This document shows positions 18,790 to 24,171 of a stretch of DNA of 64,000 bases, piece after piece; position 1 is the first letter of the stretch, and each line of letters begins with the position of its first letter. Location: IMG/VR virus record IMGVR_UViG_2140918032_000035. The stretch is one strand, 5' to 3'. The translations under genes were made by a program, and so were the position numbers. This DNA is from an uncultured virus (IMG/VR IMGVR_UViG_2140918032_000035) (Duplodnaviria; Heunggongvirae; Uroviricota; Caudoviricetes). The notes beneath the pieces were generated by a model that saw nothing but the letters and a program-made list of their open reading frames with translations, was not told where the DNA came from and ran no database searches.

Positions 18790-18826
18790 AAAAAAAGGGC
18801 CCCTCCCGTGCCTAAGGAAGAACCCT
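18790..18826 (-). terminator. Terminator of the tRNA array
   Basis: AGGGTTCTTCC...GGGAGGGGCCCT hairpin + T-run just after the last tRNA. Confidence 0.85.
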
Positions 18827-18829
18827 CGA

Positions 18830-18919
18830 TGGCGCTGACACCGGGACTCGAACCCAGAAACCGCTTTCGCGATCACGGTTTAGCGGACCGCCGCCTTACC
18901 ACATTCGGCTCATATCAGC
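18830..18919 (-). tRNA. tRNA-Ser(GCT)
   Basis: Cloverleaf, long variable arm, loop CC-GCT-AA (C33), encoded CCA. Confidence 0.9.
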
Positions 18920-18922
18920 ATT

Positions 18923-18996
18923 TGGCACCCGCACAAGGAGTCGAACCTCGCTCTGTTGGTTCAGAGCCAACCGTACTACCGATGTACCATACGGGT
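18923..18996 (-). tRNA. tRNA-Gln(CTG)
   Basis: GTTGG-CTCTGAA-CCAAC, TTCGA loop, CCA. Confidence 0.9.
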
Positions 18997-19000
18997 GTAT

Positions 19001-19093
19001 TGGCGTTGCAGACAGGAATCGAACCTGCATGTCTTCCTTTGGGGACGACTGCCTGATCTCCAATCAGGTGCTCCACCGTTGAGCGACTGCAAC
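19001..19093 (-). tRNA. tRNA-Ser(GGA)
   Basis: CCTGA-TTGGAGA-TCAGG, long variable arm, G73 CCA. Confidence 0.9.
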
Positions 19094-19101
19094 ATTTATA
19101 A

Positions 19102-19186
19102 TGGCGCTGCACACAGGATTCGAACCTGCAAGTCATTGCTGACCAAGTGCCTTCAAAACACCGTCCTCACCGCCCGGACATGCAGC
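19102..19186 (-). tRNA. tRNA-Ser(TGA)
   Basis: GGTGT-TTTGAAG-GCACT, long variable arm, G73 CCA. Confidence 0.88.
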
Positions 19187-19191
19187 GTATC

Positions 19192-19267
19192 TGGAGCTCA
19201 CAGTCAGGCTCGAACTGACGACTTCATCCTTACCATGGATGCACTCTACCTGCTGAGTTATGCGAGC
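19192..19267 (-). tRNA. tRNA-Thr(GGT)
   Basis: CATCC-ATGGTAA-GGATG, CCA. Confidence 0.92.
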
Positions 19268-19270
19268 ATT

Positions 19271-19358
19271 TGGCGCCAGACGGAAGTGACGACCTCCATA
19301 CCTTGCGGTACCACACGCTTTCGAGGCGGTGACCAGCAGCCGGCTGGCATCATCTGGC
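19271..19358 (-). tRNA. Non-canonical tRNA-Ser(CGA), Sec-like/allo-tRNA-like fold
   Basis: 8-bp acceptor possible, 6-bp D-stem, bulged anticodon stem, long variable arm, atypical T-loop, G73 CCA. Confidence 0.72.
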
Positions 19359-19369
19359 ATTATTGTTTT

Positions 19370-19443
19370 TGGCGGCCCTTGCGGGAGTCGAACCCACCTC
19401 CGAGGTGTCAAAGTCCCCTGTTCTTCCGATGAACTAAAGGGCT
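19370..19443 (-). tRNA. tRNA-Gln(TTG)
   Basis: Loop CT-TTG-AC, 1-72 mismatch, G73 CCA. Confidence 0.87.
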
Positions 19444-19505
19444 GTTACTAACATAATCTTTGAATAGTAACTCGGAGACTGTTACTATCCGAAAACTATG
19501 TTACC

Positions 19506-19581
19506 TGGTACTCCCGACAGGGCTCGAACCTGCAGCTGTCCCGTTCGTAGCGGGGTAGTCTTCCCATTGGCTTACAGGAGC
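19506..19581 (-). tRNA. tRNA-Arg(ACG)
   Basis: CCCG-CTACGAA-CGGG, CCA. Confidence 0.9.
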
Positions 19582-19615
19582 ATCTGTACCTTTATTCGTA
19601 CAGGACTTTTCTGTG

Positions 19616-19689
19616 TGGAGCATCCTGTGAGAGTTGAACTCACTGAAAACAGTTTTGCAGACTGATCGCCTTCCGCAGACAAAGGATGC
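19616..19689 (-). tRNA. tRNA-Cys(GCA)
   Basis: CAGT-CTGCAAA-ACTG, U73 CCA. Confidence 0.85.
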
Positions 19690-19693
19690 GTCT

Positions 19694-19768
19694 TGGCACC
19701 GGCACGAAGAATCGAACTCCGGATTTCGGTTTTGGAGACCGCTGTGTTACCACTATCACTATACCGAT
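19694..19768 (-). tRNA. tRNA-Trp(CCA)
   Basis: CGGT-CTCCAAA-ACCG, G73 CCA. Confidence 0.92.
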
Positions 19769-19772
19769 GTGT

Positions 19773-19848
19773 TGGTAGGAACACCAGGACTTGAACCCGG
19801 GGCCGATCGGATATAAGCCGACTGCTCTACCGACTGAGCTATGTTCCT
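19773..19848 (-). tRNA. tRNA-Ile(TAT)
   Basis: GTCGG-CTTATAT-CCGAT, canonical D/T arms, A73 CCA. Confidence 0.88.
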
Positions 19849-19893
19849 ATGTTTCACAGAACTGTGAACCTTTTCACGGATCCGTGAGATACT

Positions 19894-19968
19894 TGGTGGT
19901 AACGGCAGGAGTCGAACCTGCTTATCCTCGCTTATCAGACGAGTTCCTGACCGGTCGGACACGGTACC
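19894..19968 (-). tRNA. tRNA-Ile(GAT)
   Basis: CTCGT-CTGATAA-GCGAG, CCA. Confidence 0.9.
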
Positions 19969-19976
19969 ATAATATC

Positions 19977-20051
19977 TGGTGGGCACGAAGGGAGTCGAAC
20001 CCTCATCTCACGGATTAAAAGTCCGCTGTTCTTCCATTAAACTACATACCC
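19977..20051 (-). tRNA. tRNA-Lys(TTT)
   Basis: GCGGA-CTTTTAA-TCCGT, CCA. Confidence 0.92.
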
Positions 20052-20126
20052 ATCATAGAAGAGCTGCAATATCGTTTCATCTTCATCTTCGTTGTTCTCC
20101 TTTCTTCAGAACTTTAGATCTTTGAT

Positions 20127-20212
20127 TGGTGGGAGAGGAGGGAATCGAACCCCCGGAGTCTCTGACAACGGATTTACAGTCCGTCCCGCTACCAGCTACG
20201 GTTTACTCGCCC
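20127..20212 (-). tRNA. tRNA-Tyr(GTA)
   Basis: ACGGA-CTGTAAA-TCCGT, variable arm, CCA. Confidence 0.92.
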
Positions 20213-20218
20213 ATATTT

Positions 20219-20454
20219 GCGTTCGGGCCCGCGTACTTATCATACGCTTAGACTCTCATCGGGTATCCGAACTATACAGCAGTTTTAAGTCCCCTGTACG
20301 ACTTGGTCAGCGGAGCAGCGTCTCACTGCATCGCCGGGTTCCCTAACCCGGGTTCTTTGTCACGGCCGATCATTCCGTCAAGTCTTCTGTCAGTTGCCTT
20401 GAACCACCATCGCGCGTTAAGCAGCAGGGCCGACGAGACTGTTGAACTATCCGC
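20219..20454 (-). ncRNA. Unidentified structured RNA in tRNA-array spacer
   Basis: Nested helices GCGGA/TCCGC, GTCTCG/TGAGAC, CCGGGTT/AACCCGG, GTACAG/CTGTAT, GTTCGG/CCGAAC, GCGTA/TACGC. Confidence 0.45.
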
Positions 20455-20457
20455 ATG

Positions 20458-20531
20458 TGGACCGCCATAAGGGATTTGAACCCTTACAATCTGCTTGGAA
20501 GGCAGAGGTGCTGCCATTACACCAATGGCGG
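20458..20531 (-). tRNA. tRNA-Gly(TCC)
   Basis: TCTGC-CTTCCAA-GCAGA, U73 CCA. Confidence 0.92.
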
Positions 20532-20535
20532 ATGT

Positions 20536-20610
20536 TGGGAGGAGATCAGGGACTTGAACCCTATCCTGCAGTGCCACAAACTGCCGTGCTGCCCTTACAC
20601 TAATAACCTC
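20536..20610 (-). tRNA. tRNA-His(GTG)
   Basis: GCAGT-TTGTGGC-ACTGC, G-1:C73, CCA. Confidence 0.88.
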
Positions 20611-20615
20611 ATATT

Positions 20616-20691
20616 TGGTGGCAGGAGCGGGAATCGAACCCAGCGTAACCGAGATTATGAGCCTCGTTTGGAAACCAACATCCTTCCTGCT
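20616..20691 (-). tRNA. tRNA-Met(CAT), initiator-like
   Basis: CGAGG-CTCATAA-TCTCG; A1:C72 mismatch. Confidence 0.82.
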
Positions 20692-20697
20692 ATGTTG

Positions 20698-20771
20698 TGG
20701 AGCAAGTAAAGAGAATTGAACTCTCATTCCAGACTTGGCGAGCCTGTGTTCTACCGTTGAACTATACCTGC
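20698..20771 (-). tRNA. tRNA-Gly(GCC)
   Basis: CAGGC-TCGCCAA-GTCTG (C33), U73 CCA. Confidence 0.9.
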
Positions 20772-20774
20772 ATA

Positions 20775-20919
20775 GCTACCCGAAGCCGTCGCGAACGGAT
20801 CCGGGGATTAACTTCCGTCCGGGAACACGACTCCCGGCCTTTGACGGCAAAGTTTAGTGCCGGCTCTTACGGTGTTGGCAACCGGTCAGACCTTATTGTA
20901 CTGAGCCGCTGACTGACTC
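20775..20919 (-). ncRNA. Unidentified structured RNA (pseudoknot + three-way junction)
   Basis: GTCAG/CTGAC stem whose loop CGGCTC pairs with downstream GAGCCG; then GCCGTC/GACGGC closing CCGGGA/TCCCGG and ACGGA/TCCGT. Confidence 0.45.
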
Positions 20920-20996
20920 TGGTACCCAGAGTGGGGATCGAACCCACGACTTTCTGTTTGTAGGACAGACACTCTCCCGTGCTGAGTTATCCGGGC
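20920..20996 (-). tRNA. tRNA-Val(TAC)
   Basis: TCTGT-CCTACAA-ACAGA (C33), CCA. Confidence 0.9.
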
Positions 20997-21000
20997 TTAT

Positions 21001-21158
21001 CTGATCCTCACCGATCGCCGATCGTTCATGACCAACCGACAGTCAGTTCGGACTTGAGTTTGATCAGTTCTGCAGAACAGGCAGTTCTCTCTGCCGCAAC
21101 CCTAACCACGCTCAGTTGCTTATGCGTCCTAATACACTCTCTTAACGCAATTCCGTGC
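21001..21158 (-). ncRNA. Unidentified multi-hairpin RNA in tRNA-array spacer
   Basis: TGCGT/ACGCA, GCAAC/GTTGC, GGCAG/CTGCC, CTGATC/GATCAG helices. Confidence 0.35.
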
Positions 21159-21234
21159 TGGTGGACCACACGGGGATCGAACCCGCCATCTCAAGTTTGC
21201 AAAACTCGTGTCACCCCATTGCGACTTCTGGCCC
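21159..21234 (-). tRNA. tRNA-Ala(TGC)
   Basis: CGAGT-TTTGCAA-ACTTG, G3:U70, A73 CCA. Confidence 0.9.
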
Positions 21235-21280
21235 ATACGGTACCCCTTCTTTTGAAAGGAGATTAGGGAGTAGAACCTTT

Positions 21281-21355
21281 TGGAGCTTCCCGTGAGAATC
21301 GAACTCACACAATCTTGATTACAAGTCAAGCGCAGTACCATTGTGCCAGAGAAGC
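21281..21355 (-). tRNA. tRNA-Thr(TGT)
   Basis: CTTGA-CTTGTAA-TCAAG, CCA. Confidence 0.92.
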
Positions 21356-21363
21356 ATATAAGT

Positions 21364-21483
21364 TGGTGCGGATGGATCGGACACTACCCCGTCGTCGTCA
21401 TCAAGGACACTTGTGCACTTAATCCCTTTCAGACTTCCGAGTTGGACCTCGGACTGCTTGTGCTTCTTGCTGCTACATCCAGC
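21364..21483 (-). ncRNA. CCA-ended tRNA-like RNA of unknown type (120 nt)
   Basis: Terminal stem GCTGGATG/CATCCGC + ACCA; internal TCCGAG/CTCGGA hairpin; no canonical T-loop or anticodon arm. Confidence 0.5.
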
Positions 21484-21560
21484 TGGTACCTGACCAGGGC
21501 CTCGAACCCTGAGGAAGTGAGGTTTGAGCTCACTATGTCTGCCTCTTGCATCAGTCAGGC
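21484..21560 (-). tRNA. tRNA-Leu(CAA), short variable arm
   Basis: GTGAG-CTCAAAC-CTCAC, Leu-type D-loop GGCAGAC, A73 CCA. Confidence 0.87.
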
Positions 21561-21591
21561 TTGTTTGAAACCGAGCGTTCCGGTTTCGGTG

Positions 21592-21668
21592 TGGCACCTC
21601 GACAGCGGCTCGAACGCTGAACCCGCAATTTAGAAGACTGCTGCACTTTCCATTTGTGCTACCGAGGT
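21592..21668 (-). tRNA. tRNA-Arg(TCT)
   Basis: GCAGT-CTTCTAA-ATTGC, CCA. Confidence 0.9.
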
Positions 21669-21747
21669 TGGTACCCGAGGAGGGAGTCGAACCCTCAAAA
21701 GACCTGGATCCTTAGTCCAGCGCATACGCCAATTCTGCTACACGGGC
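21669..21747 (-). tRNA. tRNA-Leu(AAG), short variable arm
   Basis: CTGGA-CTAAGGA-TCCAG, A73 CCA. Confidence 0.87.
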
Positions 21748-21869
21748 TTATTTCGTCCTTCTTTATTGTCCAGGCAAAAGGACGGGGAGGAAAACCTGAG
21801 AGGTAAAACAAGTCTTGCACCTGCATCTCCGTCTGCCCGACGGTGTTCTTGCTTTTGAACTACTTACCT

Positions 21870-21945
21870 TGGTGGAAGCAGAGGGACTCGAACCCTCAGA
21901 GCGTCGGGTTTAAGCCGAGCTTGTCTGCCATTGCACCATACTTCC
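21870..21945 (-). tRNA. tRNA-Leu(TAA), short variable arm
   Basis: TCGG-CTTAAAC-CCGA, A73 CCA. Confidence 0.87.
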
Positions 21946-21949
21946 ATTT

Positions 21950-22025
21950 TGGTATCCCTGAGAGGATTCGAACCTCCAACTTTACGGTTCTGAGCCGCTT
22001 GCGTCTGCCGTTCCGCCACAAGGAT
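21950..22025 (-). tRNA. tRNA-Leu(CAG), short variable arm
   Basis: GCGG-CTCAGAA-CCGT, D-loop GGCAGAC, A73 CCA. Confidence 0.87.
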
Positions 22026-22100
22026 AGGTTGTTGCAGTAAGCAGTTTCCCGGTCACCTTCGAAGCGAAAGCTCTGCGTTAGAGGACTTACATACTGCATT

Positions 22101-22180
22101 TGGTGGCACCTGCCGGATTTGAACCGAGCGAATACAGGTTTGAGAGACCTGCGAGTTTGACCTGACTTCTCCAAGGTGTC
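22101..22180 (-). tRNA. tRNA-Glu(CTC)
   Basis: CAGGT-CTCTCAA-ACCTG, CCA. Confidence 0.85.
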
Positions 22181-22182
22181 AT

Positions 22183-22261
22183 TGGTGGCGCGTGTGGGAT
22201 TTGAACCCAACGAATACCGGATTGAAAGCCCGGCGAGTTAAACCAACTTCTCCAACGCGTC
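22183..22261 (-). tRNA. tRNA-Glu(TTC)
   Basis: CCGGG-CTTTCAA-TCCGG, CCA. Confidence 0.87.
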
Positions 22262-22265
22262 ATAG

Positions 22266-22342
22266 TGGTCCGAGTAGTAAGATTTGAACTTACGGCTTCC
22301 TGGTCCCTGGCCAGGCACTCTTCCAAACTGAGCTATACCCGG
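22266..22342 (-). tRNA. tRNA-Pro(AGG)
   Basis: CCTGG-CCAGGGA-CCAGG (C33, A34), C1:G72, A73 CCA. Confidence 0.87.
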
Positions 22343-22347
22343 ATATT

Positions 22348-22425
22348 TGGCGACTCTGACCGGACTCGAACCGGCGATCTCCTGCGTGACGGGCAGGCGG
22401 ATTTACGCTACTTTCCCACAGAGCC
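22348..22425 (-). tRNA. tRNA-Asp(GTC)
   Basis: CCTGC-CCGTCAC-GCAGG (C33), G73 CCA. Confidence 0.9.
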
Positions 22426-22432
22426 GTATAAG

Positions 22433-22549
22433 TGGAGGGGAGCAGAGGACTTGCACCTCGTTCTGCATTGTTGACCAAGTAATACACCGTGCTGACTCCG
22501 TCTGTTACTTGATGGTCTCATCAAGTCCGTTTCGGTCTTGGAACTCCCC
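22433..22549 (-). ncRNA. CCA-ended tRNA-like RNA with acceptor stem and T-arm but no D/anticodon arm (117 nt)
   Basis: GGGGAGT/GCTCCCC + TCCA; GAGG-TGCAAGT-CCTC T-like arm; internal CAAGTAA/TTACTTG helix. Confidence 0.6.
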
Positions 22550-22550
22550 T

Positions 22551-22626
22551 TGGTACCCCATGCAAGGTTCGAACTTGCGACACCCCGATTAAGAGTCGGA
22601 TGCTCTGCCAACTGAGCTAATGAGGT
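22551..22626 (-). tRNA. tRNA-Lys(CTT)
   Basis: TCCGA-CTCTTAA-TCGGG, CCA. Confidence 0.92.
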
Positions 22627-22630
22627 ATGT

Positions 22631-22706
22631 TGGTGCTCGGATCTGGTGTCGGACCAGACTATCTTGGGCTTCAACCAAGCGCTTTCACCGGATTAGCTTT
22701 CCGAGC
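22631..22706 (-). tRNA. tRNA-Phe(GAA)
   Basis: CTTGG-TTGAAGC-CCAAG, T-loop TCCGACA, CCA. Confidence 0.87.
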
Positions 22707-22755
22707 AAAGGGTTTGTAAGGTTTCTTTCTCTGTCTTTGCCTTACGAAAAGACTA

Positions 22756-22832
22756 TGGCTGGCAAGGTGGGACTTGAACCCACGACCTTTCGGTTAACGG
22801 CCGACTGCTGCTACCTGCTGAGCTACTCGCCA
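22756..22832 (-). tRNA. tRNA-Asn(GTT), first gene of the array
   Basis: TCGG-CCGTTAA-CCGA (C33), G73 CCA. Confidence 0.9.
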
Positions 22833-22858
22833 ATATGGAAATTAAGTTGTCAAGGTAC

Positions 22859-22961
22859 AATGAAAAGCCGCCTGAACTTTTCGGTTCGGACGGCTATCTG
22901 TGAGGTATTTCAATGCAAGTTTTGAATTGCAATAGAAGTTATACTAACTCATAAGCCGCCC
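22859..22961 (-). terminator. Attenuator (terminator/antiterminator) upstream of the tRNA array
   Basis: Terminator AGCCGTC.GAAC-CGAAAA-GTTC.GGCGGCT-TTTCATT; alternative pairing of GGGCGGCTTATGAG (end of leader ORF) with CTCACAGATAGCCGTCC. Confidence 0.8.
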
Positions 22962-23081
22962 GGGCGAAGTATCGCTTTCATATCCACTAATAATCGGCTG
23001 GACAGGGCAAAGTGATACTGACGCTGTATTTAACAGTGTATCGAGATGCCAATTAGATTGTATGTTCTTAAAAGTAAACAT
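22944..23081 (-). CDS. 45-aa leader peptide of the tRNA-array attenuator (not in ORF track)
   Basis: SD AGAAAGGA; MFTFKNIQSNWHLDTLLNTASVSLCPVQPIISGYESDTSPGRLMS. Confidence 0.75.
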   Translation of the reverse strand: MFTFKNIQSNWHLDTLLNTASVSLCPVQPIISGYESDTSPGRLMS

Positions 23082-23136
23082 CTTTCACTTTGTCCTTTCT
23101 TATGATCTTGTGCCGAAGTTATCCTTCAACATAAAT

Positions 23137-23165
23137 AGTATAACCACAATTTATTGTTTTTTCAA
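23137..23165 (-). promoter_or_regulatory. SigmaA promoter of leader + tRNA array
   Basis: TTGAAA-17-TATACT on minus strand. Confidence 0.82.
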
Positions 23166-23198
23166 GTCGTTTTTCGAACTTTTTTATAGAAAAAAGTC

Positions 23199-24101
23199 TT
23201 AATTGTTGCTCGGATCCTCTCCGACAGCGTCGATAGAGGACTGAATAGCCTCTTCATCAACCGTTTCAACTACTTCTGCAGTTGTCTCTTCAGCTACGGG
23301 CTCTGTCTCGAAGGTCTTAAAGTAAACAGCACATCTGACGATCCAGCAGTCTATACCTTCATCATACTGATAAGCCGTTTCCGCAAGAACATCGTCGCCT
23401 ATGCTGTACTTTATCATCTTGGTCGTTTCAGTAACGAAATGCTCAGAGGTTGCTGCGTCCGGATACTCGGATGCCATTCTGTTGTTGAGGATCTCGAATA
23501 CCTGCATTGCTCTGTCTTTATCGTACAGATGGAAATACACTTCCGCCGCACCTGCGTAGTTGGGATTGACATACGCGGTTGAGTTGCCGGCTATGATGAT
23601 GGGATCATCGTTCAGCAGGCTGAAGTCCTCGAACTCGTATCCGTACCAGCATATCATACAGACATTGTCTCTTCCGTCAACCCAGGCTCCGTCATGATAC
23701 ATTTCACTCGTATTGCACAGTTCGATGTTGAAGTCGGATCCCATTTCGGACCACACGCTCCATCCGTTACCGGCAAATCCGATCGCATCGGTAGTGCGGT
23801 CGATAATATCCTGGACATTGTCGCCGATCTGGGGCTCTGAGATATACAAAGCATCGACAATCTTATTGATCTCGGCTTCGTCGATGGTTTCTAACAGATA
23901 GTTCGATGCCCGCATCAATGCTTCCATATCATCATCGGATGCGGATGCTTCCGTGCCGTCATCAAGTACAGACAGTTCCGCTTCGCTGATGACCGTGGTT
24001 TCGTCATTTTCCGTATCCTTTGCCGGTTTTGACGGTGCTGTGCTGCACGCTGTCAGTCCTATCATTCCTGCAAGGATACCCGCAATAACTTTCTTCTTCA
24101 T
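23199..24101 (-). CDS. Acidic lipoprotein
   Basis: MKKKVIAGILAGMIGLTAC lipobox; SD AAAGGAG. Confidence 0.8.
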   Translation of the reverse strand: MKKKVIAGILAGMIGLTACSTAPSKPAKDTENDETTVISEAELSVLDDGTEASASDDDMEALMRASNYLLETIDEAEINKIVDALYISEPQIGDNVQDIIDRTTDAIGFAGNGWSVWSEMGSDFNIELCNTSEMYHDGAWVDGRDNVCMICWYGYEFEDFSLLNDDPIIIAGNSTAYVNPNYAGAAEVYFHLYDKDRAMQVFEILNNRMASEYPDAATSEHFVTETTKMIKYSIGDDVLAETAYQYDEGIDCWIVRCAVYFKTFETEPVAEETTAEVVETVDEEAIQSSIDAVGEDPSNN

Positions 24102-24171
24102 TTACTTTATTCTCCTTTACTTTGAAAGTCGGTTGTTATTCTATCATAAGCAGATAAGAAAGAAAAAGAGG

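Noticed and set aside
20300..20400. RNase P RNA call
   Set aside because: Only a 3' conserved-region-like stretch is present; the GAGGAAAGTCC strand is missing and CCGGGTT pairs locally with AACCCGG. Kept only as an unknown ncRNA.
21095..21112. Pistol ribozyme-like CGTGGTTAGGGTTGCG (minus strand)
   Set aside because: No downstream AAA linker or CCCTAA pseudoknot partner.
22433..22549. tmRNA or hammerhead call for the CCA-ended RNA
   Set aside because: No G3:U70, no tag reading frame, too short for tmRNA; GAAAC and TGATGA are too close to form hammerhead stems.
18808..22925. Many short ORFs in the ORF track across the tRNA array
   Set aside because: They overlap clear tRNA cloverleaves, lack SD sites and have no protein motifs; spurious.
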